From positions 83,950,001 to 84,014,000 of the forward strand of contig NW_024704742.1 of assembly GCF_018977255.1 (NCBI RefSeq): a stretch of 64,000 bases of DNA, read 5' to 3'. Positions 25,131-38,656 of this stretch are shown here, one piece after another. The stretch's first letter is position 1. Each line of letters opens with the position of its first letter. The stretch comes from Callorhinchus milii. Lineage: Eukaryota. Below the pieces are notes generated by a model. That model saw only the letters and a list, made by a program, of their open reading frames with translations. It made no database searches and was not told the DNA's origin. A program made the translations under genes and the position numbers.

Positions 25131-28100
25131 GAGCACTGATATAGGGCTGAGAGAGATGCCATTTGTCCTCAGGTGAACTTTTAACATCCCATCATACTAT
25201 TTGAAGAAAGAAAGGAGTTTCTTTCAGCATCCAGGCTAACAACCTTCCAGATTAATTGGTCATTCATCTGATGGTTATTTGTGGGACCTTCCTTTATGCA
25301 AATTAATTGCAGAATTTACCAAAACAAAAAGCAATTACTACTTTTGATGGTAATTGCTTGTGAAGCCTATTGAGATGTTTAACGTGATAAAATGCTTTAA
25401 AAAGCAATCTAATTATAATCTTTTGAGCTTTATTCTAATATAATCCTTGATGGTTGTCACTGCAAAAAAAACTAATCTCAATATCGAATATGGTTTTGAT
25501 TTTTAACATATAACTACTGGGGAAGCAAACTATTCATCCTCAGTGGATTGTAGTGTGCTCCTGCTATTGTATCCATCAGCACCAGAAAGTGAGAGAATAG
25601 GTAGGTGCTGGACCCAGAGTATGACTCAAGTTCTAAGAGGCTTGCTAATAAATTTGTTTCCCTGCCCGCTCTGTCCCACTATGGAAGGCTGAGCCTTCAA
25701 TTACTATGCCCCCAGCCTCTGGAACTCCCTCCATACCTCACCCTGGCATCTTGCCCGGTCTGTGCCTCTTGTTACCTTCTTCCTCCCCTTCCCTGATCCT
25801 TCATCCTCCCTGCTCTGTGTCCGATACTGTATCAATAAAGTGCTCCTAGATATTATTCTCCATGAAAGATGCTATACAAATCAAAGGTGTTGTTGTTGTG
25901 TGACTTTCAACATGGGACCTGAATCATGACTTTAGAATGCTGAGAGGTATATGTAGACAATGTATGCATATGCATTTTTTTTACTAGAATTGAACACAGA
26001 AAATTTGGTTTAATGTTAACAAATTTGCAAGCCTGTAGTCAGCCTGGAGACAAGAAACACACCCTCCCCCAAAGAAAAGGGGATATATAGAATAAAAGCA
26101 GTTGATCCTGCGTCAAATATCTCATTCATAAAATGAGCTGTTTATTCAATCACATTTTCCTGCCTTCTCTCCATACCTCTTAAATTTTCTATCCTTCATA
26201 TACCTGTCTAGTTCAATGGACTTCACAATGAACTCTGCCTCTACCACCTTACTCACATCCCAATAACTGAGTGAAAAACAATTGCCTAAACTCCTCTTTC
26301 GCTCTTCTTTGTACTTTCATATAATTATAATTATATAACTCTCCTACTTGTAAGATGGACGGCCAATACATTGATTTAGGAGTAATTTGAACCATGCTTT
26401 GACTCTTCACTCGGGTGCATATATAAACAAGGAATAATTGATACTAATGGAGATTAATGCACAAATTCACTTGTTTGGCAATGGCAGCTATTGCGTCATT
26501 AGGGTGACACAGATAGCAGTGATAAATAGCTTTCAGACTCCTCCACTGGACTTATGTTTTTTCTGAAAACAATTCTCCTTGTTAAACAAGTGCCTGCCTT
26601 GCCAGGATCAATTCTGTTTCATTTCTGGGCTCCATGATGTCTCGATTAGGAAGTAATGTTGCTGCTCTGCATCGTGGTCCTCAGCTTGTTCCACAGGTCG
26701 CAATGCAATTTACAGTTACAGTGCCTTTCATGTCAGGAAGACATCTCAAAGCGCTAAACGCTGCTCAATGGGCACCCGAGCTGTGGTGTGTTGTGGGGAA
26801 AGATGACCAAAAGTGTGGTCAAAGTGGTACATTTTGAGACTGTCTTGAAAGAGGGGAGGGTGGGGAGCAACTTGGAGGGACTCTGAGATGGAGAGTGGTG
26901 GCAGAATGGCTGAAAGCCCATCCGCCGATGCTGGGGTGGATAGGGCGGGGGATATGAAGAAGGCCTGTATTCACTGAGTGAAGGGAGCGGCTGAATTGGT
27001 GAGATCGAAGAACTTATTGTGCAAAAACGTAAGTGCAGTGTGGACTCAGTGTAAGTGAGTATAAACCATGGAGAGTTGGAAGAGTCAATCTAGTTTTGAA
27101 GTCCACAGTGGTATATCTTTTGGTACAACGTCAACTCTGAATTGTTCAGTAAGCCTCCTCAACATGTGACATTGAGCGGAATTGAGGAAGACTGAAAACT
27201 ATTACATTCATCAAGCAATGCTTTCTGCTTCTTACAAGATTTTATATAGTGGAGCCAGAGACATATGGCAATACCGACCTAACATCATAGGAAGTCAACA
27301 TGTGAAATTGTGTTTGACTCCAGGGACTTCTTGGCAGGCGTTGAAAGTGCAAGGATCATTGGCAGAATGAAGTCCAGACTTTCAAAGGAGCTGAGCAGAG
27401 AAGCAAAGAGAGACTGTGGCAACTCTCCATCGTTGGTATGACGAGAGGGATCAGAAGCAGTGTGGAGATCCCGGCTACAGTTACACGACACTCAACGTGA
27501 AGGACAATTAATGGAGTTTTTAGAAATAGCCTTGAGCATGTTGTTGCGATTCAGGATGGGTCAAGGCTGGTATGACTGTCTGTGGCTAGAGTGAGCAAAT
27601 TCTTGGTGCAGGGCCAAGTTTACACTGTATTATAGCAGGCGTATTAGACACTGCCTTATGAGTCACTGAACCACATCTTTACTTGCATGCTATATTACAA
27701 GGATAACAGAGGACAATGGTGAGCACATATGTTCGGTAATACGGTATTGGTGTCTTATTTTTAGCCAACATCACATATAAATAGTGGAATTCAAATGGGA
27801 TATCATTTATATAGTCAGGCACATAATTGGACTCTTTGGTGATATGCTTTCCTCCATCCTTTGTCCTTGTGTAGTGCAGCTAGTTTGTCCTAAAGGTACA
27901 GCTCACCTCAGGTTTTGTTTCATAGATCTTTCTCAAGGGCTATCTTCACTCTTACCACATTTGTAATAAAATCAAGAAGCTTACTGCACTCTTTTTCTCC
28001 TCCACTTTGTCCCATTGATTTTTACTCTTTACGTTCCTTCCTCTGTCGTGATCTCTCCTGTGAAGAGTTCCACATACAGATATCCTATGCGACATGAATA

Positions 28101-28552
28101 GCGCAGTACAAATGGAAGTTATTGTTGCTTTATTGTAAAATGGCTGTTTTTCCTGTTTCGGGTTCTGGTAAGACTTGACCCTGAGACTGACCTCCTATTG
28201 CCTCTCACACAGGAGTTTGACTTGATAATGAAAAGATTGTTTAAAAAATAAAAATAAATAAAAAATAAGTTGGAGCATGTGGGCCTGGCAACATTCCACT
28301 CCTTTTGACATCATCTTGCAAGTTGGGAAGCACTGCATTAATTTGAAGCAAAATCTGCCTATAAATACACAGTCACTACACTTGGCAGCAATTACCTTTG
28401 AAGTGTTTTATGACACTTTGATGTTGTAGGTTCTATATCAAAAGCATGGATTATCTATTTGTGTAAGTGAATGGTTGAATGGTTTCCAGGGTGTACGGCT
28501 GACCAATGCAGCTTGGAAAGGTAGACCTGTCTTCAATCCTAAGCCTAATGGG

Positions 28553-28775
28553 TAGGAACATAGGAACAGGAGTAGGCCATTCAGCCCCTCTAGCTTGTTT
28601 TGCAATTCCATTAGGTCATGGCTAATCTGCATCTCAACTCCATTTACCACCATTGCTTCATATCCCTTGATACCCTTACTTAACAAATATCTATCAACCT
28701 CTGTCTTGAAAATTTCAATTGATCCAGCATCCACAGCATTTTGGGGGAATAGAGTTCCAGATTTCCACTGGAAAG
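28553..28775 (-). mobile_element. CR1 3' end
   Basis: aggaacataggaacaggagtaggccattcagccc tail; ORF 28438..28827 contains AVDAGSIEIFKTEVDRYLLSKGIKGY. Confidence 0.9.
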
Positions 28776-29035
28776 AATTAATGTTGTAATGCATGCAATG
28801 TCCAACCAGAATCACCCTCGTTTTCACTGAGAATACCCTTTGATCAAGGCTCCTTGTGATCCCCCAGTCAGCACACTGAACTCACATTCATTTGGATTGA
28901 GATAGGTAGCAAATTCTTCTTACTGCTATTTATGATCCAAAGGACATAAATCACAGGGCTTATGTCTATTTACTTGTAATAACAGCCATGAATCCTAACA
29001 GTGGCTACAATAACTACCAGCTCCTCATCTCAGGA

Positions 29036-29792
29036 TTATTTATGGCAAGTTCAGTGTTTGTAAGCATTCATTTTACACAGTGACCGAAGGGCCATGTGAG
29101 AAGGCAGCTTCCTAATCAGGCCCTATTTCATTCAGTATTTATAACCTGTTATTGTTTGTTCACCAGAGTCCGTATGGGGAAGGGGGAGGTGTCTGCTTAA
29201 ACCAGTGGTCTGCTTCAATACATCTGAAGGATTCTGCCGAACAAGCACCAGTTTAAAGCAGGATGAAAAGAACAGGATTTAGACATTTAGTTCCTCTTCA
29301 GCTCTCCCCTCCCCTCAGGGCTCGGGTGCCCAGCCAGGTGTGTAAAGTGGTTTGTGATGGTCTCCCCGACGTGAAAGACACAATACACAGTAAATGTAAA
29401 CCGCATTTGTGCGTAACACATGCATTGAAGGTGACAGGGTGGCCAATGCCAGGTGAGATGTGTAGGTAAAGATTGTAGTGGTGGAGTGAGGCCAGGAAAG
29501 GTGGTGTGTCCTCTGGCACCAAACTTGATGGGCCAGAGGGTCTTTTTCTATCACAAAGCCCTTCCCCACTAGAATGATTACTAAAAAAAACTTAGAAACT
29601 AACTCTACAGAGGGATTTAAACTATAATAACACAATAATATTAATATTAATCCTTGCATTTTATATTTCATACTAAATAGGAACAGAATATATTTAAGAT
29701 GGCTGCAATTCTGATCGCATCCTGCAAGAACAGGAGTAAGCCATTCACTGTGTAAAATGAATGCTTACAAATACTGAACTTGCCATAAATAA
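29036..29792. repeat. 48-bp inverted repeat pair (29036-29083 and 29745-29792), 1 mismatch
   Basis: ttatttatggcaagttcagtgtttgtaagcattcattttacacagtga versus tcactgtgtaaaatgaatgcttacaaatactgaacttgccataaataa. Confidence 0.95.
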
Positions 29793-30554
29793 CTCCTTAC
29801 AAAGAACCTCTATAAATGGATTCTGGAAGGTTGCACACCATTCTGTAATTGTGCACCCAGCAACAGTAGTCGTACGGGCAGTGAGAACATTAATCACTAT
29901 CACCGAACACTGAAAATGGTTGAATTCCACATGCAATGGATCGTTGCTGGATTTAGAATTGCACAGATGACCGCCAGGAAGAATCAGGCATTTGCTTGTG
30001 GTGAGACACTTTGGTTGCAGCTTACACTCACTGTTGCTAAGGGTGACTGCACGTGCCTCTCATTCGGGTGTGTTGTGAACTGAAGGGAGCTTGCGAGTAC
30101 GGAGTTTCAATTGGGTTGTCACCTCACATTCATGGAGTAAATGTAATTTGCGCACTCACAAAAATAACCATTTATCACATGTTTTATGGTTCATGTACTT
30201 TGTGTGAATACTTTCCCACCAGAAGCCAGTTAATGATCTCTATGTCTGGTGACCGAAGCTACACCCAATTTAATAAATCGTAGCTGGAAGTTTGATACCT
30301 TAATGTTACGAGGTTACAAAAATAACTTTGAAAACTCGCAATTATGCATTAAATTCAACTTTACAGCATAATACAGCATCAGACAAAAAGAGATTTTTTT
30401 TGGACACATGCAGAAGCCCATGAGCATGCTTAAGAGTATCTAAACAAAGCTATGAGTTCAATGCATCCAACCTACACGTAGAAATTCCCATGTATTGGAA
30501 TAGAATGCGCACTCTCTCCCTGAAGGGGCACATCCTGCTTACCTAATTCTGTGA

Positions 30555-31145
30555 ATCAAAAGGTTGTGGGTTCAAGACTTGGATCTCGTAATATAAGATG
30601 ACACTTCAATGCAGTGCTGGATTGTGCTGTATTGTTGGAGGTGTTGTCTAATTAGACATTAAACTGAGGCTCCATCTGCTTGATCAAGTAACATTAAAGA
30701 TTCCATGGCACTGTTCAAAATGAGAAGGTAGTTTCTCCCGATGTCCTAGCCAACAATAATAATCCTTGCATTTGATATAGCACCTTATCACATCTTTGAG
30801 ATGTCTTAAAGAGCTTCACAGAATATACTGTAAAATGAATTGACTGTGTATTTTGTGGACAAAACGCGGCAGCAAGTTGCGCACAGCAGTGTCCCACAAA
30901 CAGTGATCAATGTTTTTTATTTTTTTATTTTGGGTGGATTATTGACCAAGACACCAGGAGAAACTCCCTTCTATTGTCGAATATTGCTATCAGATCTTTA
31001 ACATTAACCTCAACAAGCAGATAGGGCTTCGGTATAATGCCTCATATGAAGGAATGCCACCTCCGACAATGCAACACATTTCCAGCTCCACATTGGAGTG
31101 TTAGCCTAGCCTATGTGATTCCAATCACGATGTGGGCTTGAACAA
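30555..31145. mobile_element. Cluster of SINE pieces in both orientations
   Basis: Old DeuSINE 5' half (+, 30555-30752), young SINE tail (-, 30755-30905), old DeuSINE 5' half (-, 30935-31145). Confidence 0.75.
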
Positions 31146-31748
31146 TTCCCCAAATAAAATTGGTCATTCTTTTCATGGTTGTTTGTGGGACATAATTACA
31201 AAAGGCAATTCTGTTTGAAAGAAAAATATTCCTTGGGTTTTATTTAATTTGTAATTTTTGCTTTCCCCAGGTCTGTATTGGTACATTAGTCACGGTTCTT
31301 TACAGGCAAAGACCAAATAAATGATGGCGTTCAGTTAGGTCATCTGTAATGTCTCAGCTCTCAGCCAGCCATTGAATAAGTGGCAGGCTGCCCAACTCAA
31401 AACAAATGGGATGTAACAAATGACAACAACTTGGCAATGAAAAACTGTTTGTGATGCAGCAAGACCAGATTTGAGGTTGAACTGATTCTTGAATAGCTCA
31501 TTTGGAATTTGTTCACTTTTGTAAATGTTGCCTCTGAACTCTGAGACAAAAAGGGAAGTGACACATGGTCAGGACTATTGCAGCACAATTAGAGTTTTGT
31601 TCGTATTTTCTTGCTGACATAATAGTCCCATATTTCCTTTCTCTAAACCTTTCTAAGATAATGCATAGTTATGTTTCTTGATGTCTCTGTCTGCAACTAT
31701 TTCCACTATAGAAGCTAGGAAACTTTTTTCTTAAGAGGTATTTATTTT

Positions 31749-32003
31749 TAATAATAATAATAATAATAATCCTTGCATTTGATATAGCGCTTTTCACGTC
31801 GGGAGGACGTCCCAAAGCGCTTCACAGAACACACTGTAAAGTGAATTGACTGTATATTTGTGGGCGAATGCGGCAGCCAATTGCGCACAGCAATGTCCCA
31901 CAAACAGTCGTAGATTGAAAATGACCAATTTATTACTGTTTTTGGTTCTGGAGGGATTATTATCAGTCGTGTGGAGTAAGGAAACTTGCCCAAGGTTTCG
32001 CCC
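31749..32003 (-). mobile_element. Young SINE lacking the tRNA head
   Basis: Nearly identical to 54461-54713. Confidence 0.95.
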
Positions 32004-33319
32004 TTAAAGATACTTAGGTTACACTTTAGAAAACTCAATGCAATTGTTTTGTCAAGACTTTGTCTTAAATTTCAGTATAAGAACTGCAGTCTGAGACGTA
32101 AATTCTTGTTTCTTGGCCAATCTGTTTGTAAGATCCGAAGGTTAGAATATTTGCAAAGTCAAAGATCTGAGCCTAATCCCGCTGGATAGGGTACAAGTCT
32201 CCTTGGACAACCCTGGAACAGACAAACATCTGCTCTCTGTCTCTATGCTTTTGGAACATACGAGTCTATATCCACTTCCACATCACTGAGTATCAGGTGC
32301 AGATCTTTTTCTCCTTCTTCAATTTTCCTCTGACTTCCACACATGCCCCTTCTCTTTCCAAGATATACAGTTCCAATGGATAGATGGAGGCTGGTATTTT
32401 TGTTATTTCACCCAAGTGGCAGATAGTAATTCTTTATATATGACTATGGACAATAAGAGCTGGGAGGTTACTCAAAACAACCCAGCCTGACACTGTCCTC
32501 ATATCTACAAATGCATCCTTTCAACAAGGGTCACAAGATAACAAGATCCACAAGAGAGGTTTGGATGAAGAAGGCCCTTCAGCCTATTTGATCTCATCCT
32601 TTCTGGAAACCCACTGGAGAACAATCAGAGATCTGGAATTCCACTGGTTTAACTTTACAACAATTTGCATTTATACAGTGCCCTTCATGTAGAGTAATGT
32701 CTCTGAGCGTTTTACAGGGACGGGATTGGACACCAAGCAAGGGACAGGGTGGCAGGGCTGGGGGCTGGGGGCCACAGTTACATTCAAAGAGGTAGGATTT
32801 TAGATGGGATTTAAAAACAAAGAAAGATAGAGCAAGATGGAATGGCAAAGGAAGTGAGTTCCAGAGGTCAGGGGCTTAGGAAGTGAAGCCTCAGCCTACC
32901 TACAAATACCCAGTCACTGGACTTTACAAAAAACTGGGAAGTGTAGGGTATACTATAGATGTAGAGATGTTTCAATATTTCAGATACTCTGTTCAAATGC
33001 AAGGATTATCTCGAACTTTTTCTGCACTTTCCTCCATTGATCTCTGATGATACATTTCCCAACCACATCTACGGAATTGTTAAACAGCGATTTTGGGGGC
33101 CTGGCTGCTCATAGTGTGGCTTATTGCAGTGTGAACCTATCCAAGCTTTGCAAATTCCTTGCAGTACGCTTGTATGTTATATAACTTCATCATTCAGAGC
33201 AGCAGCCACCTAGACACCAAGCCAAATATTTCTTATAATAATAACAAATGTAAAATTATGCGCCATTTCCTCCAGCTGAAAATGGTGTCAGGAAAACAAG
33301 TTCACATCGGGGTGGTTGA

Positions 33320-33680
33320 GGGGGGGGGGGAGTTAGGAATTCCACATGCTTTGGGACTTACTCTATTTTCTTAGTATTTCAGACTGTGCAGAAGTTGGCA
33401 AATTCTTAAATACAGTCTTAATTTTGAGGCTGGTTTGCTGCAGTAATAATAATAATCCTTGCATTTGACATAGTGCCTTATCACATTGTTGAGATGTCTC
33501 AAAGCGCTTCACAGAATACACTGAAAAGTGAATTGTCTGTATTTGTAGACGAAATGCCCACAGCACTTAAAAGAGGCTGCAGAAAATTAAGACTGTATTG
33601 AAGAATTTGGAAATTTCTTCATACTCTGAAATGCTAGGAAAATAGTGTAACACAAAAACCATGGGGAATTTCTCCCCCCT
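33320..33680. mobile_element. Palindromic MITE with a SINE tail inserted at its centre
   Basis: Arm 33363-33425 is a diverged reverse complement of 33582-33645, with weaker similarity extending outward; SINE tail at 33443-33565. Confidence 0.75.
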
Positions 33681-33714
33681 GTGCTCCACAGCCTGTTTGG
33701 AGGTATTGAAATGG

Positions 33715-33950
33715 AAGTTTTCACCAATGGTTAGTGGAAATCGGTAACTCTCTCCCCCAAAAGGCTGTGGATGCTGTATCCATTCACATCTTCAAGACTG
33801 AGGTGGATAGCTATTTGTTTGGTCAAGGTATTAAGGGATATGGGGCAAAAGCAGATAATTGGACTTAAGGTACAGATCAGCCATGATCTTATAGAATGGC
33901 AGAACAGGCTTGAGGGGCTGAATGGCCTACTCCTGTTTCTATGTTTCTAT
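33715..33950 (+). mobile_element. CR1 3' end
   Basis: aaaggctgtggatgctg...ttcaagactgaggtggatag...gaggggctgaatggcctactcctgtttctatgtttctat. Confidence 0.85.
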
Positions 33951-36269
33951 TTCACATCATCAAAATGTCTCAAAGTGCTTCACAGGATTTTATATAATGT
34001 GTAGTGACTGTGTATTTGCAAATGAATGCAGCAGGCAATTTGTGCGCAGCATTGTTCCACAGAACAGCCATGAATATATGAATGATGAGTTTAAACTGTG
34101 GGATTGTTGGCAGGGACACTGAGAGAAATTCCTTTCATAATATGCTTCATTATAATGACAAGTTTAGCAAATCTAACTGGAGTAATAATGTGATATTTCA
34201 AAATGGATTGAATAATTATCAAATGTGTTATTGACTCTGTTTTGGACCATTATATTTTTACTCCAATATGTCAATAAGGTTAATAAATAATGCATCACAA
34301 TTTACATTTATACAGTGTCTTTCACGTCAGGAGAATTTATGTCACACAAATCCTGAAAACAGCAATTGCATTGTAAAGATGCAGGTAAAAGATTACTATT
34401 TTGATCAATTCCTGTATTTGGAAATTGAAATAAATGTAAATTGTATTTATAAATTGAAATAATAAAGAAATAGAGATCATCATCGTGAACAGTTAACTGG
34501 TTATCAATGTGAAAATCCTTATAAGTAGTCTTGTGAGTGCACTTCACTATTTGAATATTCCACATGGGGCTTTGACTGTGACTTCAGTCACTTGCCTCCT
34601 ACCATCCCCACTTTTAACCTCTGTAAAGCTCTTTTGAAACATTTTTCTTTATTGAAAAGCACTCTATATGTGTAAGTTGTTAAATAATATAATTATCCTT
34701 GCAATTGTTAAAGTACCTTTCGCGTCGGGTGGTCATCTCAATGCGCTTCACAGGATACATGGTAAAGTGTAGTTACTATGTAATTTGTGGATGAACACCC
34801 ACTTTGTTGTGTGTAAATATTAAATACTTGCACTCCATGCAGTGTAATGATAAGCTATGATGCACTGCTTAAACTACAGCAGTTGCCCAAGTACACTGTG
34901 GAGTCCCCAAACCCTGGCTCTTGCCAACCTGCACCTAATACCTTTTGGAAAGAGAGTAAGCAGGGTAGCAGGGTGCATCCCTCCAAGGAGAGAATATGTA
35001 TCCCATTCCAGACATAGGGAAATTTCCATGTGTAGGTGGTGTGTATATATGGAACTCTCAGTCTGGTTTGGATGCTCCAAAGCATGGTGATGGGTTTCCG
35101 CATGTGTCAAACAGGCTGACCAAAATAACATTGAAGTGCTCCTTTTGGTCGCAAGTATGGAGACCAAAATTCCAAACTCACCAGCTGCCATTATTATTAT
35201 GAATTTCTGCTGTAGAAATGCGTTCAGCGAACCATCTGAGATACCAATTATTTTCCAGGAAAAAAAATCAACTTGCAGCAATGTTTTACCAATTTATACT
35301 TCCAGCTTGACATAGGCTGTGCAGTGCATTGCAGTGCCACCGGGTAGATTGTAAAATTGTACATCAATTAGTGCGTCAAGAAAGGTTTTTATATGGCATC
35401 TCTTGTGTAATTTCATCCTTCAGTTCTTGAGGCAGAACAGGAAGCAATTCACAGGGCATTCGAATCTCGACATCTGGAAACAACATGTCTAAGATCCTTT
35501 GAGAGGCCAGAGAGGACATCGATTGGAGTGGGGAGAGACAGGGCAACCAAGGGGCACAAGGTGATGCAACAGCACTCGTTGTTCGATTTGCCAAAATACT
35601 GATGGAGTGAGACCCAATGAAACTTATAAAGCACTCTGCTGTAATCATTAACTTACATGTGAACGTGTCTTCCAGACCTACAAAAAATACTGGCAACAGA
35701 CCTGCACAAAATCCTGGCAATTCCCTATTTCCTACTGCCTGGCCTTTTGCAGTGCTCCTCAATTTATTAAAAAGGTTTCAGGACTGAAACATCTTTGTTC
35801 AGGGCAAGAGAAAGGGAGCAAAAATAAATTGCTTCAAGCCCTGGGGTTTTAATGCAGGACTTTTTACTCACATCTTTCTATGTGTCGTGACATGAAAGGA
35901 GCAATATAAACGTAAATTGAATTTTAGGGAGAAACCTTAAGCAAGTTTTCCTACTCCATATGCATCTGTTTACCAAGCAGTATGTAGGAACCTGGTTGTT
36001 AGTCGATTGGCAGATCATTTTTCTGGGAGTAATAATCCCTTCAAAAAATAATAACAATAATAATTTGGTCAATCAATCCATGACTGTTTGTGGGACACTG
36101 CTGTGCGCAATTGGCCGCCATGGCTTGCCCACAAAAAATACAGTCAATTTATTTAGTGTTTTCTGTGCAGTGCTTTGAAACATCTTCAAAGGGATTATTA
36201 TTATTACTGTATTGTATCAATAGAAAAGGAAATTATTTTACCATTTTTATTAGTGTCAATTTTCTGCGT

Positions 36270-36420
36270 TAAGCAGCTGCTTCTCCATGGTTGCTGGCTG
36301 CCCTCGTAAATTGTCCAAGTTACCATTAGTTGTGTGTGAATCCGGCCAGCCGCTTGTGCAGAAAAGAAGCACCACAGCTGAGCCCGATGCTGCCTTCACC
36401 CGACATTCACTCACATGCAC
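36270..36420 (-). mobile_element. Ancient AmnSINE2-like fragment (related pieces at about 10760-10805, 14030-14200, 32470-32545, 47570-47705)
   Basis: Reverse strand atgtcgggtgaaggcagcatcgggctcagctgtg and gttagctgatctcagcc...caattggcctcag resemble the AmnSINE2 consensus as recalled; not verified by search. Confidence 0.5.
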
Positions 36421-36783
36421 GTGGAGCCCTGAAGTACATTGGTTAGAGCTCTCGCCTAGCAAGCGAGAGACCTGGGTTTGATTCCCAGCAGGGCAAAAAG
36501 TTAGTCAAGTTTCCTTACTCCACACGTCTCTGTTTACCTAGCATTAAATAGGAACCCGGTTGTTAGGTGCATGGCAGATTGCTATCTGGTGATAGTAATT
36601 CCTCTAAAAATAAAAAATTCTCATTCAATTCACGACTGTTTGTAGGGCACTGCTGTGCACAATTGGTTGCTGGGTTTCACTCACAAAATGTACAGTTAAT
36701 TCACTTTACAGTATATTCTGTGAAGCGCTTTGAGATGATTCAACAACGTGATAAGGTGCAACATCAAATGCAAGGATTATTAT
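36421..36783 (+). mobile_element. Young tRNA-SINE, full length
   Basis: ggttagagctctcgcctagcaagcgagagacctgggtttgattccc head, long internal segment, tail caaatgcaaggattattat. Confidence 0.85.
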
Positions 36784-37894
36784 GCACTATCCAGCAGAGG
36801 TCACTCAAGAGTGGTTAGATGGGCATCAACTTTTTTTCTGATCGTCTGAACATGTGAAAACCCATCATCATGCTTAAGAGTATCCAAATTTACAGTGAAT
36901 TCCACATATGTATGCCACCCACTCAGGAGATTTCTCCATGGCTCCAGCTAATTTAGCACAGATTGGGGACGAAATTTGAGGCGTTCTGAATCTACGTGGC
37001 TGAGTCATAAATTGGTACATCTACCAACTGTGCCCTCATGTGTTCCTGGTGTCAATGTCATTTTTGTGCCACCTAAGGCGCTCCTCACTTATGCGTATAT
37101 ATTATATATATAGGTGAAAAGGTTTCTCAAGCAAACCTTTTTGAGTGTCAATGTGACCAGAGACTGAATTCACAGTCTCAGTCGAGTGCTTCTCTATAAC
37201 TCAGGCAGTATATACACTGAGTTATGTTTATCACGAAAAACAGCCATCATTTCTAATAGGAAAATATATTGTGCAATTTACAATCATGAGAAGTTTGGAT
37301 GAAGAAGGCCCCTTGGCCCATTTGATCTCAGTATTTCAAAATAGCAACCCTCAACAGCACCAAGCAGATCAATGACCTCACCTCCTGGCCTCAATCATTT
37401 TTTCTCATCACCCATTCCAGCCTTTGACTGCCGTCTGTTTTAAAGAAATGCTTTCTGATGTCTATCTCAAGCTTAAGTTTCACCCACAAAATACAGAGTG
37501 AATCTCAATCCACTTTGCAATATATTCTGTGACGCGCTTTGAGACGTTTCCATGACAAAATCAGGCGGTATATAAAATGCAAGGATTATTATTATTATAT
37601 TGCCCTTTACAATCCTGAACTTTCGTCCTCTGGCCTGTGACCTTGTCCTGTCTGAAAGTTTATTTTCAGTCCCATCAAACATCTCAACCACTATGAAGTC
37701 TCCCCTGAGACGCGGCTTTTCAAGGCTGAATTGGATTGTGTGCTGGCTACTGTATCTCTACACATGTGAAGATGATAACACCTTACACTCCAGGGAAGCC
37801 AGCAGTTGCATAAAAGATCAGCTTCTGATGTCTGGGAAGAGCCAGTAGCTAAAAAAAAAGCTGCTGTCACTTTTACAGCCACAAGCAGCATGTA

Positions 37895-38560
37895 ACTAAT
37901 GTCCCATTAAAATCACTTTCCATAGCTTTGTGCCATCTGCAAATGTAACTATCTTGTATTGAGTCAGTGATTCCAAGCCATTAATGTATACTAAGAAAAG
38001 GAGGGTCCCTACACAGACTCCTGAGATGCACCACTCAATACTTCCCTGTTTAGACCCAGCTCCTGTTACAATAACCACCTGCTTCCTTTCCTTCAACTTG
38101 GTCACTAATCCATTTCCATGTCTATGTCTTACTCTTGATACCAGAGACATCAGTTAGTAAACTATTCTCTTGTGTGATGATTTGTCAAAGGCCTTTTGGA
38201 ATTCTTATGCCGTATGGCATTGCCATAATCAAATTGGGATGGCACCATCTCTTAGATGTCTATGAGGTTAGTCAAGCAAGAACTACCACTTCTGAACCAG
38301 TGCTGGCTATTGTTTATTAGGCTATTTTATACAAGGAATCTTCCATTTTTTTTCTGATGACTGACGCCTTCCTTTTTCCAAGTATTGAGTTTCGTTTTTA
38401 ATGGTTCTATTGTTGCCAAGTTCAGTTCTGTCATCTTGAATGCTGGAATCAGATTAGTTCCATTTTAGTCTATTGGAATCTCCCCAATGAGGACTTCCTC
38501 AAAGTATCTATCAGTGCTTCCTGAATCTATTCTCTTGTCTTTCGAAGTATCTTGGATGTA
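37895..38560 (-). mobile_element. Old degraded CR1 RT fragment
   Basis: ORF 37896..38150 contains LLFLVYINGLES...VTFADGTKL. Confidence 0.75.
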
Positions 38561-38656
38561 GTTCACCTGTCCTGGAGGATTGTTGTTTAGCAGCCCCTTG
38601 AGCCCAGCTAGAAACTCTGCCTTGCATCGTCCTTAAGTTCTTAGCCCACAGTGCTC

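Noticed and set aside
27323..27440. Plus-strand exon-like segment (DFLAGVESARIIGRMKSRL...)
   Set aside because: Isolated, with no partner exons or recognised homology.
35376..35762. 128-aa minus-strand ORF and an overlapping plus-strand exon-like frame in non-repeat DNA
   Set aside because: No recognisable domain, both strands equally plausible, and no compatible neighbouring exons found.
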